A DNA stretch of 64,000 nt from positions 448,001 to 512,000 of the forward strand of contig CAVYNH010000007.1 in NCBI GenBank assembly GCA_963769885.1. The letters are read 5' to 3'. The DNA is from Methanobacteriota archaeon. Its GTDB lineage: Archaea; Thermoplasmatota; E2; DHVEG-1. The translations under genes and the position numbers were made by a program. Positions 1-9,864 of the stretch are shown here, one piece after another; the stretch's first letter is position 1; each line of letters begins with the position of its first letter. The notes under the pieces are model-generated. The model saw only the letters and a list, made by a program, of their open reading frames with translations. It made no database searches and was not told the origin of the DNA.

Positions 1-552
1 GACCTGTTCAGACGAGAGGCGACCGGCCGATTATCCGAATTTGGACTTGCGTCCCTCGAATATGATTACAATGTCAGGCGAATAGGATACACGAAGGCGG
101 AGAACACCGAACTCTTCGAATCGATTGCTTCCCCATATAAAGAGATGATCATTGCGTACGCCCAAGGGATGAACCAGTACATCGCTGAAGCAGTCGCTGA
201 TCCTCTCCATAAGATGCCCATCGAATACCTTCAGAAGGGGTTGACCCCTGAACCGTGGACCGTCGAGGATTCTCTTGCGATCGCTCAAATGATGGTCCGG
301 CGCTGGGGGGAGGGCGGAGGAAACGAGATGATTTTCACGCTCGTGCTTTTTATGCTCATGCAGAAGAATGGCGTTATCTCGGGCTGGAAGATTTTCAATG
401 ACGCCTGTCCTCAGGTGGACCCCGGGTCCACGACCACGCTGAATTCCAGGTACCAGTTCTCAGACACCGAGCATCTCTCGCCTTCCGCCAATTCTCCCCG
501 TAGAAATCATTCCTTTAGCAAAAGAGATTGTTGCGATGAAGCAGATGGATAA
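1..552 (+). CDS. Penicillin acylase family (S45, Ntn-hydrolase), alpha-subunit part; starts before the window
   Basis: Frame 1 is open from base 1 and reads DLFRREATGRLSE...YAQGMN...PEPWTVEDS, typical of the alpha subunit. The homologous frame is lost near 438-445. Confidence 0.8.
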   Translation, partial: DLFRREATGRLSEFGLASLEYDYNVRRIGYTKAENTELFESIASPYKEMIIAYAQGMNQYIAEAVADPLHKMPIEYLQKGLTPEPWTVEDSLAIAQMMVRRWGEGGGNEMIFTLVLFMLMQKNGVISGWKIFNDACPQVDPGSTTTLNSRYQFSDTEHLSPSANSPRRNHSFSKRDCCDEADG

Positions 553-2179
553 GGAGATTTCAGAGGCGAATGGCCTGCTCTACCATTTCGGGAGCAATGG
601 ATGGGTGGTGGCCCCAAACAAATCTGCCTCAGGCAACGCACTCCTGTTGGGCGGGCCTCAGATGGGACACTCGATCCCCCAAATAGTGGTCGAGATTGGA
701 CTCCATGGCGCCGGCATCAACGCGACCGGGATGACATTCCCTGGGGTCGGTCCTGCGGTCGCCATCGGTGTGAGCGAGTGGGGCGCCTGGACCACGACGT
801 CAGGGCTTTCCGATGGCGTTGACACCTACATCGAGATTCTGCATCCACTCAACCGCACGAAGTACCTCTTCAACCACCGCTGGTGTACCATGGAGCGCAG
901 AATCGAAACAATCTACGATGTGAATGGCACCCCTCATGAGTTCGAGTGTCTCCGGACGGTGCATGGTCCGGTGCTTTCCATCAACTGGACGCAACGGCAC
1001 GGTGGGTTTGCAATAAGCCAGCGGATGACCTTCTGGAAGGAGGAACAGCACACCCTCGAGGGGGTCCTCAGCTTTCAGCAGTGCCACAACATCACGGAGT
1101 TCGAACAAGGAGTCAGCAAGATTGTCTCCTCTCATAACTGGTTCTGGGTAGACCGGAACGGTGACGTTGGGTACTACCATGCCGGGTGGTACCCCATCCG
1201 GCCGAGGTACGGGTTCTTCCACCGCCTGATTGACGATCGGTTTCCCCTCGTAGGAACCGGGGAGGAGGAGTGGCTCGGCATCGTCCCCTTCAGCGAACTT
1301 CCACAGGGGAGAAATCCAGATTGTGGATTCTATGCCAACTGGAACAACAAACCTCGGGCAGACTGGCCGTACGCGGAGGCCGAGGTCGGTCCGATGTGGG
1401 GTGAGGGCCACATCGTCGTACGAATTCAGGAGCTGCTTGCAGCTGACGATTCCATCACGTTTGATGATATGAAAGAGATTTGTCATAACGTCGCCTACCA
1501 CGACGCCTATGGGACCTACTTCAAACCGTTTCTGCTCGAGGCAATCGCCCACGTTGGTGGTATTCCATCTGAAGTCACAAACGCTCTCGAGAGCTGGGAC
1601 TGCTACCTCAACGACACGAATGAAGACGGATTCTACGACGACCCTGGCTACACCATCTTTTCCGCGTGGTACGACGCCATCTTCGCCGAGATTCTAGAGG
1701 ACGAACTCGACCCCTTGGTGAAAGACTACTGTCACAGTCTGCTCCTCCACATCTTCCAGGGAAAGGATTCGAAGCTGCACCTCCGCTACCACCGCTACCT
1801 CGATGGGGTCTGTCGAGACACCGCAATCGTGAACGCGCTGCATGATGCACTCACGACGTTATCGATTCAGTATGGGACAAATGTCTCTGCCTGGCTCTCC
1901 CCTGTCGATATGAAGGATTTCACTGAACTGGGAGCGCTCCCTTCGCCAGTCATGCCCTACATGAACCGAGGAACGTATAATCAGATCGCTGAGTTGCCGC
2001 GGTGGCGAAGCGGCACAGAATCCACATCCCCCCATGCCGCCAATGTTCTTCCGCCAGGCCAGAGCGGGTTCGTGGACTCATTCGGCACCCCAAGCCCTCA
2101 CGCCTACGACCAACTCAGTCTTTATACCAGCTGGCAGTTCAAACCAATGCTGTTCACTCTCAGCGATTTCCTCTCGTAG
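536..2179 (+). CDS. Penicillin acylase family, spacer plus beta subunit (frameshifted from the upstream part)
   Basis: GSNGWVVAPNKSASGNALLLGGPQM carries the N-terminal Ser nucleophile. Also RTVHGPV, ANWNNKP and PGQSG motifs. Confidence 0.9.
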   Translation: MKQMDKEISEANGLLYHFGSNGWVVAPNKSASGNALLLGGPQMGHSIPQIVVEIGLHGAGINATGMTFPGVGPAVAIGVSEWGAWTTTSGLSDGVDTYIEILHPLNRTKYLFNHRWCTMERRIETIYDVNGTPHEFECLRTVHGPVLSINWTQRHGGFAISQRMTFWKEEQHTLEGVLSFQQCHNITEFEQGVSKIVSSHNWFWVDRNGDVGYYHAGWYPIRPRYGFFHRLIDDRFPLVGTGEEEWLGIVPFSELPQGRNPDCGFYANWNNKPRADWPYAEAEVGPMWGEGHIVVRIQELLAADDSITFDDMKEICHNVAYHDAYGTYFKPFLLEAIAHVGGIPSEVTNALESWDCYLNDTNEDGFYDDPGYTIFSAWYDAIFAEILEDELDPLVKDYCHSLLLHIFQGKDSKLHLRYHRYLDGVCRDTAIVNALHDALTTLSIQYGTNVSAWLSPVDMKDFTELGALPSPVMPYMNRGTYNQIAELPRWRSGTESTSPHAANVLPPGQSGFVDSFGTPSPHAYDQLSLYTSWQFKPMLFTLSDFLS

Positions 2180-2437
2180 AGAGAGGAGTGGATGTCAAGG
2201 AAAAAACAACCGGCGTTCGTAGCAATCAGTGTACATCGTTTGTCCTAGTTAAGGGACAATTGTACGGTGACATCCGTCATGAAATTCACGTTTTTGCAAG
2301 TATTTAAATGGATTCACGGGGAATACACTCTCCAGGAGTTTAGGAGCGATTACTCTTCCAAAGGTCATCCCTAGCGTCTCGTAGCCTTTAAGTATAAGAA
2401 CTCTATTACAGCAAAATCCCTTAGGGATATATAATTA

Positions 2438-3361
2438 GTGATGAGTATGGCTAAAGCACGTGCACGGACCACGACCCGCAAGACCAAGGATAAGTGGAAG
2501 GCGAAGACGTGGTACCAGATCGCCGCCCCCTCCCTCTTCAACAACGTCCTCGTCGCCGAGACCCTCGCCGAGACGCCCGACTCGCTCGTCGGCCGCATCA
2601 CCCAGGTCTCCCTGCAGGACCTCACCAACGATTTCCGGAAGTCCCACATCAAGCTCCTCTTCAAGGTCGACTCGGTCGAGCAGACCACCGCGCACACCCA
2701 GTTCAAAGGCCACGTCCTCACCTCAGACTACCTCCGACGGATGGTCCGCCGCCGCAAATCCCGCGTCGACGGCACCTTCACGGTCGAGACCCGGGACGGC
2801 GCCATCCTGCACGTCAAGCCCTTCGCCATCACCGAGAAACGCATCCAAAGCTCGCAGAAGAAACTTATCCGCGAGGTCATGAAAAACACGATCAACAAAG
2901 AAGGCAAAGCGAAGACCATGAACGCCTTCATCCGCGACTGTCTCGACGGCAAGATCGGCAGCGAGATCTACAAGCACTGCAAGATCTACTACCCCGTCAA
3001 ACGCATCGAGATCAACAAGACCGAGGTCGAACGCCTGCCCACCGTCGTCATCGAAGAAGAACCACCCAAGCCGCCGGAAGACCAAGCACCAGAAGCCGCG
3101 GCCCCCGCCCAGACGCCACAGGAGGCGGCCCCCGCCGAACCCGAACTCCCACCGGAGAGCGCCGAGTCCGAGCTGCCCCCGCAGACCCCGGAGCCCAAGC
3201 TCCCCGAGCCGGCCCCGGAATCCGAGGTCCCCCCCGGCCCCGCCGAAGAAGAACTCCCCCCGGGAGAAGAACGCGAGGAGCCGAAGAAAAAGGCGAAAAA
3301 ACCTAAAGCCAAGAAGGCGAAGAAAAAAGAAGAAGGCGCAACCGAACAGCCCGAAGCCTAA
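2438..3361 (+). CDS. rps3ae: 30S ribosomal protein S3Ae (eS1) with Pro/Glu-rich and Lys-rich C-terminal extension
   Basis: KDKWKAKTWY, DYLRRMVRRRKSRVD and IYYPVKRIEI motifs. Confidence 0.95.
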   Translation: MMSMAKARARTTTRKTKDKWKAKTWYQIAAPSLFNNVLVAETLAETPDSLVGRITQVSLQDLTNDFRKSHIKLLFKVDSVEQTTAHTQFKGHVLTSDYLRRMVRRRKSRVDGTFTVETRDGAILHVKPFAITEKRIQSSQKKLIREVMKNTINKEGKAKTMNAFIRDCLDGKIGSEIYKHCKIYYPVKRIEINKTEVERLPTVVIEEEPPKPPEDQAPEAAAPAQTPQEAAPAEPELPPESAESELPPQTPEPKLPEPAPESEVPPGPAEEELPPGEEREEPKKKAKKPKAKKAKKKEEGATEQPEA

Positions 3362-3416
3362 AGCCCTCCCACTATTTTTATATATTATTTCATTTATAAG
3401 TTAGACTAGAGTACCC

Positions 3417-5156
3417 ATGAGCCGAAAGGCACGCCTCCTTCCCCTCGCCATCCTCACTCTCCTTCTCTGCCTCCCCATAGGCCAGTGCTGCAAAGACCTC
3501 GTCGCCAGAGGCGACGCCACCGCAGGCGACTACACCCTCCTCCTCAAAGTCCGCGACCCCAGCCGCCCCGGCCCCCAAGTCCTCATCAAAGTCCCCACCG
3601 GCTACCAGTATACCTACCACGCCCCTTGGACCGGCAGACCCCTCCCCTTCACTATCACCCACCGCCTCATCGCCGTCGCAAGCGCAAATGACACCCCACC
3701 CCACATCATCAAAGCCGGCATGGCCCTCACCGACGCCGGCATCGCCTACGGCGACGCCGACACCGGATCAGGTTGGACCAACCCCACCCAGAACGCCTGG
3801 GACGACTTCGACTGGCTTCGCTACGCCTACCAGACCGCCAACACCACCACCGACGCCCTCACCCTCCTCACCCACGCCACCACCGCGCTGCATGCCACCG
3901 CCGTCAGCGAAAACCTCTTCACCATCGGACCCACCGACGCCTACCTCACCGAAGCCGACGCCCTCCACACCCACACCACCCCCATCACCAGCCTCCTCGC
4001 CAAATCCAACTACCCCACCGCCCTCTGGCCCACCCAATGGCTCAACACCCGCCCCCTCGCCTGGACCTACAACGCCACCGCCACCGCCTGGCTCCACCGC
4101 GGCCAGACCCTCCGCCTCGGCAGCCTCTGCGGCATCAGACTCACCAGCATCGGACCGACCAGTATCCGAGTCAAGCCCGTCCCCGCCGCCTACTTCCGCC
4201 TCCGCAACCACATCACCAATGCCACCACCATCACCCTTCACGACAGCGCCGTCATCGCCGGCTACCACATCACCCTCGAAAACCTCACGACAAACACCGC
4301 CCAGATCCGCCTCCGCTACAAATTCGCAGACTGGGAAGACACTCTCCTCGCCATTATGAACGCCCGCTACGGCGCCATCACCACCGAGGACTTCATGAAC
4401 TGGTCCCGACTCCACACCCAAGACCTTGACGGCCTCAGACCCATGTGCGAAGACGCCTACCCCGACGAAGGCAGCATGATCTTCCAGATTCCCACCCACA
4501 ACGCCTCCTTCCTCAGCAGCGGCTGGTTCGCCGCCAACCACGCCTGCACCAGCATCTACGTCCCCATCCACGTCTGCGACACCGACATCGACCCCCTCTA
4601 TACCACCCCCGAGGCCGCCAACCTCTCATACTCCCTGCTTACCACCTATGGCCACGGGACATTGAGCACCATCTTTCATCAGACTGAACACGTCTTCCTC
4701 CAAGAAAACAGCAGACTCGAAGCCCTCGCTACAACCCTCCCGACCGCTAACGCTACCAGAATCCTTACCGTCGCAGACACCGGCGCCCAACACCAAGCCT
4801 TCCAAACCGAATACCTTTGGAGCATCCTCGCATCCTACATCCACAACCCAGCCTACGCCCTCCTCCGCCAGGACATCGAACGCCTCTGGAACTCCACCTA
4901 CCTCGAAACTCTCACCCGTATGAATAATACCGTCAACCACATCATAGACTACTACCCCCTCACCCTACAAATTGGGTTCCTCGCCATCAACATCGTCAAC
5001 ACCACGCTTTGCACCACTAGCTGCCAAGGAATCACCATCCCTCAATACCTGGTCGATCTCTACCAACAAGGAGTCTACGAAATCTATCATCACGAAATCC
5101 CCACCGGCGTCGCCCTTCTCCTCCAAGTCTACACACAGCTGCAGGAACTCCCCTGA
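3417..5156 (+). CDS. Secreted protein, probable Cys-type Ntn-hydrolase (C69/C45-like)
   Basis: A signal peptide is followed by CKDLVARGDATAG...LLKVRD, which resembles the N-terminal catalytic Cys motif. Late SIYVP motif. Confidence 0.55.
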   Translation: MSRKARLLPLAILTLLLCLPIGQCCKDLVARGDATAGDYTLLLKVRDPSRPGPQVLIKVPTGYQYTYHAPWTGRPLPFTITHRLIAVASANDTPPHIIKAGMALTDAGIAYGDADTGSGWTNPTQNAWDDFDWLRYAYQTANTTTDALTLLTHATTALHATAVSENLFTIGPTDAYLTEADALHTHTTPITSLLAKSNYPTALWPTQWLNTRPLAWTYNATATAWLHRGQTLRLGSLCGIRLTSIGPTSIRVKPVPAAYFRLRNHITNATTITLHDSAVIAGYHITLENLTTNTAQIRLRYKFADWEDTLLAIMNARYGAITTEDFMNWSRLHTQDLDGLRPMCEDAYPDEGSMIFQIPTHNASFLSSGWFAANHACTSIYVPIHVCDTDIDPLYTTPEAANLSYSLLTTYGHGTLSTIFHQTEHVFLQENSRLEALATTLPTANATRILTVADTGAQHQAFQTEYLWSILASYIHNPAYALLRQDIERLWNSTYLETLTRMNNTVNHIIDYYPLTLQIGFLAINIVNTTLCTTSCQGITIPQYLVDLYQQGVYEIYHHEIPTGVALLLQVYTQLQELP

Positions 5157-5233
5157 ATTTTCTATTGGCCTCGCACCTCGCACAATGTTTTTAAAAACCC
5201 ACCCTATAACTCCACGATGGGGGTGCTCAGTTC

Positions 5234-6616
5234 ATGAACGAGCAGAAAATCGCCATCATCGGCTGCGGAGCAGGAGGAGGCACCGCCGCCCAGTTCGCCA
5301 GGAAAACCGACCGAAAAGCCACCATCACCATCTACGAACAATCACCGTACGCCCAATACTCCCGCTGCGGGCTCCCCTACGTCATCGCCGGGAAGATCCC
5401 CAGCGTCAACCACCTTCTCGAATACTCCCAAGACTGGTTCGCCAAAGAACACATCACCGTCCACCTCCAGACCACCGTCGAATCCATCGATATCTCCACA
5501 AAGACCCTCGTCGCCGTCCAGAACGGAACACCAACGCCGCATTCATTCGACAGGCTCATCATCGCCACCGGGTCACGGCCCCAGATCCCGCCAATCCACG
5601 GCATCCCCAAGGAAGGCCCGCTCCCCCCACACGTCTACTGTCTCCGATCCATCGATGACGCGGTGAAAATCCAGGATGAGATGCGCCATGCGAAACGCGT
5701 CTGTATCGTCGGCGCTGGCTTCATCGGCCTTGAGCTCGCCGAGGCCTTCACCGAACGAGGACTCTCAGTCACCGTGGTCGAGGCACTCCCTCACATCCTC
5801 GCCAACAGCCTGGACACCGATCTCTGCGACGAAGTTGCCGCTTCCTTCCCCAGTGAGGTCACAATTCGACCAAACCATTTTGTAGTGAAGATTTCGCCGG
5901 CAGGGAAAGCAATCACAGTCCAGATGAAGGATCGGGCGACTAACAAGGAATCCAGCTTCGAGACCGACTTCGTTGTGCTCGCCACAGGGACTCGCCCCGA
6001 GGTTCATCTTGCAAAGAATCTTGGTTGTACTATCGGTGTTACCGGAGGAATCCTCGTTGATAGCCATGCACGGACTTCTCTGCCTGACGTATACGCGGTT
6101 GGGGACTGCACCGAGTACAAGGATTTTGTCACGGGACAACCAGTCTGTGCCGGCTTGGGGACCATCGCGGTCCGGCAAGGTATCACGTCGGGGATCAACG
6201 CGGCTGGTGGCAACTATGAGATGCCAAAGGGCGTGCTCCTGTCTCGGACGTCAACATTTTTTGGCATCCAAATCGCCGCAGTGGGCCCGCTATTGACCCC
6301 TGAGTATCCTCGGCCGCTGGTCCATGGGAAAATCGCTGGGTCTTCGCTGCCGACATATTTCCCTGGCGGGAAGCCCATCACCGTAAAGGTCTTTGCTGAG
6401 GAGGAGTCCGGGCGGATCGTCGCTGCTCAAGCGATTGGGAGCAATGCCTCACAACGGATGAACGTCTTTGCGGCCGCAATCCTGCGGGGGACCACGGTAG
6501 AGGAGTTGCAGAAGCTGGAGACGACCTATGCGCCGCCGCTTGCGCCGACGCTAGATGTAATCACCCTTGCCTGCGATGTGGCGCAGTTGAAGCGCCAGCG
6601 GAAGAAACGGGTATGA
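5234..6616 (+). CDS. CoA-disulfide reductase / NADH oxidase family flavoprotein
   Basis: GCGAGG FAD motif, SRCGLPY redox Cys, GAGFIGLE, YAVGDC and YAPP. Confidence 0.9.
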   Translation: MNEQKIAIIGCGAGGGTAAQFARKTDRKATITIYEQSPYAQYSRCGLPYVIAGKIPSVNHLLEYSQDWFAKEHITVHLQTTVESIDISTKTLVAVQNGTPTPHSFDRLIIATGSRPQIPPIHGIPKEGPLPPHVYCLRSIDDAVKIQDEMRHAKRVCIVGAGFIGLELAEAFTERGLSVTVVEALPHILANSLDTDLCDEVAASFPSEVTIRPNHFVVKISPAGKAITVQMKDRATNKESSFETDFVVLATGTRPEVHLAKNLGCTIGVTGGILVDSHARTSLPDVYAVGDCTEYKDFVTGQPVCAGLGTIAVRQGITSGINAAGGNYEMPKGVLLSRTSTFFGIQIAAVGPLLTPEYPRPLVHGKIAGSSLPTYFPGGKPITVKVFAEEESGRIVAAQAIGSNASQRMNVFAAAILRGTTVEELQKLETTYAPPLAPTLDVITLACDVAQLKRQRKKRV

Positions 6617-7761
6617 TGAAGCTGCTGCATCTGGCGGATACGCATCTGGGGTTTTCTGCGTACCGAAAGGTCACTGGGGAGGGGGTGAATCAGCGCGAGA
6701 TGGACGTGTATTCGTCGTTTCGGCAGTGTGTTGATTATGCGGTGAAGACGCGGCCGGACCTGGTGGTGCATGCGGGGGATTTGTTTGATTCGGTGCGGCC
6801 GACGAACCGGGCGATTAGTGTGGCGGTGGAGCAGCTGCTGCGGTTGTCGGAGGCGAAGATCCCGGTTGTCGTGGTGTCGGGGAATCATGAGACGCCGCGG
6901 CTGCGGGAGACGGGGAGTATTTTCACGGTGTTGGATCATCTTGAGTCTGTGTTCCCGGTGTACCGCAATCGATATGAGACGGTGACGGTGGCTGTGCGGG
7001 GGAAGGAGGTGGCGGTGCATTGCATCCCTCAGTGCATGACGAAGGAGTCGTTTGAGCAGGATATGCTGGGGGTGGCGCCGTCTAGCGTTGCTGATGTGAA
7101 TGTGCTGGTGGCGCATGGGGCGGTGAAGGGGATCGCGGAGTTTCGGATGAATGAGTGCAATGAGCAGTTCCTGCCGGTGGCGATGCTGGGGGAACAGTTC
7201 GATTATATCGCGTTGGGGCATTATCATCGGTTTACGCGGCTTCGTGAGAACGCGTTTTATGTGGGGTCGACGGAGCGGTTTTCGTTTGCTGAGGCGGGGG
7301 ATGAGAAGGGGTTCCTTGAGGTCGGCCTGGGGAAGAAGGTGTCGACGAAGTTCATCGCGTTGGAGACGCGGGGGATGGTGGATGCGCCGGTGGTTGAGTG
7401 TGAGGGGAAATCGGTGGAGGATGTCCATCGCGAGGTTCGTGACGCTTTGCGGCTGATTGATCCTGCGGGGAAGATCGTGCGGGTGTCGCTTGCTGGTCTT
7501 CCGATGCATCTGGCACGGGTCTTGGATAGCCGTGGGATCCGTGAGTTGTGTAAAAGTGCGGTGCATTTTGAGTTGAAGCTTGGGACTGAGCGGTCGGTGG
7601 AGGCTACGGTGTCGTCGGGCCCTGGGTCGTCGTTGGCGGTGGAGTTTGAGCGGTTCGTGCACGGTCAGGGGCTCCAGGAGAAGGAGGCGATTGTGTCGTT
7701 GGGGTTGCGGTATTTGCGGGCGGTGGGTGAGACGGAGGCGGTGAAGGAGGTCGTGGTGTGA
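6613..7761 (+). CDS. mre11: Mre11/SbcD nuclease
   Basis: DTHLG, GDLFD, GNHE and LGHYH motifs; overlaps rad50. Confidence 0.9.
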   Translation: MMKLLHLADTHLGFSAYRKVTGEGVNQREMDVYSSFRQCVDYAVKTRPDLVVHAGDLFDSVRPTNRAISVAVEQLLRLSEAKIPVVVVSGNHETPRLRETGSIFTVLDHLESVFPVYRNRYETVTVAVRGKEVAVHCIPQCMTKESFEQDMLGVAPSSVADVNVLVAHGAVKGIAEFRMNECNEQFLPVAMLGEQFDYIALGHYHRFTRLRENAFYVGSTERFSFAEAGDEKGFLEVGLGKKVSTKFIALETRGMVDAPVVECEGKSVEDVHREVRDALRLIDPAGKIVRVSLAGLPMHLARVLDSRGIRELCKSAVHFELKLGTERSVEATVSSGPGSSLAVEFERFVHGQGLQEKEAIVSLGLRYLRAVGETEAVKEVVV

Positions 7762-9863
7762 TTTTGAAGTCGCTGCGTCTGCGGAATTTCCGGCGGTTTG
7801 CGGATGTGTCGGTGGAGTTCCCGGATGGGGTGACGGGGGTGTTGGGGTTGAACGGGGTGGGGAAGTCGTCGCTGTTTGAGGCGATGGCGTGGGCGTTGTA
7901 CGGTCCGGTAGCGGCGCGGACGTCGGTGGATGAGATTAAACGGCAGGGGGCTGGCGGCGGGGAGCCGTGCCGGGTGGAGTTCGAGTTCGAGTTTGATGAC
8001 CATCTGTTTCGGGTGGTCCGGGAGATGGCGGGGAAGCATCTAGTGGCGTCGGCGTCGGTGACGGTGGATGGGGCGTTGGCGGCATCTGGTGCGGATGCGG
8101 TGTCACGGTTTATTCAGGGTCGTCTGGGGATGGATTGTAAGTCGTTTTATACGTCGATTTTTGCGAAGCAGAAAGAGTTGAATGCGTTGTCGTCGATGAA
8201 TCCGAGTGAGCGGCGTCCGTTGATCTTGCGGATGCTGGGGATTAGTCTGCTGGATGTGGTGATTGGGCAGATTCGGTCTGATGCGCGTGACCGGGAGCAT
8301 CGGATGGAGGCGGTTTCTCGTGAGCTGGTGGATGAGTCCGGTGGGAAGGTGCTTGATGGGCTGTTGTCGTTGCGCCGGGAGTTGGCTGGGAAACGGGGGT
8401 CGTTGCAGTCGAGGGTTGCGGCTGAGACGAAGGCGGTGCGGGATGCGGAGGGGCAGCATGCGGAGTCGGTGGCGGCCTCTCAAGAGTCGAAACTGAGGTA
8501 TGAGGAGGGCCAGCGACAGCGGGAGGTGTGCGAGCAGCAGAAGCATGCGTTTGAGCGGCTGCAGCGGTTGAAGGATGAGGAGAAGTCGTTGACCGGGCTG
8601 ATTGCGGAGCGGCAGCAGAAGCAGCAGGTGGCGGTCGGGCAGCTGTTGAGGCTCAAGACCTTGGATCATGATGTCGCTGAGGTCGATCGCAGCCTGGAGG
8701 CGAGTCGTGGGAAGCGTGAGCAGCTGGTGAGGGCGGTCGAGGAGAAAAAGACCCTGATTCGCCGCTGCGAGCAAGATATCCAGGAGGCGGGGAAGCGGCG
8801 TGGGGAGATCCAGCGGCTCGGGCCGACCGCGAAGTGTCCGACGTGCGAGCGAGAACTCGGGAAGCAGTACCACATGCTCATGCAGCATTATGACGACGCG
8901 GTGAAGTCCGCGGAGGCGCAGATTGGGGAGTATCGGAAGGAGTCCGGTGTGCTTGAGCGTGAGCATGCGCTGGCGGAGAAGCAGCGGGAGGCGCTGGAGA
9001 AGAAGCTGCAGTATCTCCGCGGGCAGCGGCTTGAGTCCGAGGGCTTCAAGGCGACCATCCGCACCATGGAGCTGGAGATCAAGCGTGAGCAGCAGCGGCT
9101 TGCGACGGTGGTGAACGAGGTTGCTGGGCTGGGCACGGTGTCGTACAAGGAACGGGACTATCTCGCGGTGGTGAAGAAGGCGAAGGCGGCCTATGAGCAG
9201 TATCAGCAGGCGCTGGGCCAGCAGAACGTGTGCCGGGGCCTGCTGGAGAAAGCGCGGCTGCAGCTCCGGGGCACGGAGGGAGAGGCTCGGGTGCTGGCGG
9301 AGCAGGAAAAATCGAACGAGGAGCGGATCGCTCATCAAGAGTTGCTGCAGCGTCAGCTCGCGGAGATGACGGCGGAGCGGCAGCGGCTGTCGCTGCTGGG
9401 GGAGGTCATGGGCAGTTTCCGCACGCATCTGATCTCCCAGGTCCGTCCGACGCTTTCCGCCTATGCCTCGGACCTGCTCAGTCAGCTGTCGGACGGGAAG
9501 TACACAATGATTGAGTTCGACGATGATTACAACATCTCGGTGTATGACAACGGCGAGGCGTTCGACATTGAGCGGTTTTCGGGTGGGGAGGAGGACCTGG
9601 CGAACCTCTGTACGCGGATCGCGATTTCTGAGATCATCACGGAGCGCGCGGGCAGCGACTTCAATTTCATCGTGTTGGACGAGATCTTCGGCTCGCAGGA
9701 CAGCGGTCGGCGTCAGAACATCCTGAAGGCATTAGCGGGGTTCTCCGCGAAGTTCCGGCAGATCTTCCTCATCACGCACATCGAGGACATCAAGAACTCG
9801 GTGGAGCACGTCATCTCCATCACTGAAGGTGAGGATGGCGTCAGCACCCTGACCATGGAATGA
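7758..9863 (+). CDS. rad50: Rad50/SbcC SMC-family ATPase
   Basis: Walker A GLNGVGKS, coiled coil, zinc hook CPTC, signature FSGGE and Walker B LDE. Confidence 0.9.
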   Translation: MILKSLRLRNFRRFADVSVEFPDGVTGVLGLNGVGKSSLFEAMAWALYGPVAARTSVDEIKRQGAGGGEPCRVEFEFEFDDHLFRVVREMAGKHLVASASVTVDGALAASGADAVSRFIQGRLGMDCKSFYTSIFAKQKELNALSSMNPSERRPLILRMLGISLLDVVIGQIRSDARDREHRMEAVSRELVDESGGKVLDGLLSLRRELAGKRGSLQSRVAAETKAVRDAEGQHAESVAASQESKLRYEEGQRQREVCEQQKHAFERLQRLKDEEKSLTGLIAERQQKQQVAVGQLLRLKTLDHDVAEVDRSLEASRGKREQLVRAVEEKKTLIRRCEQDIQEAGKRRGEIQRLGPTAKCPTCERELGKQYHMLMQHYDDAVKSAEAQIGEYRKESGVLEREHALAEKQREALEKKLQYLRGQRLESEGFKATIRTMELEIKREQQRLATVVNEVAGLGTVSYKERDYLAVVKKAKAAYEQYQQALGQQNVCRGLLEKARLQLRGTEGEARVLAEQEKSNEERIAHQELLQRQLAEMTAERQRLSLLGEVMGSFRTHLISQVRPTLSAYASDLLSQLSDGKYTMIEFDDDYNISVYDNGEAFDIERFSGGEEDLANLCTRIAISEIITERAGSDFNFIVLDEIFGSQDSGRRQNILKALAGFSAKFRQIFLITHIEDIKNSVEHVISITEGEDGVSTLTME

Positions 9864-9864
9864 A

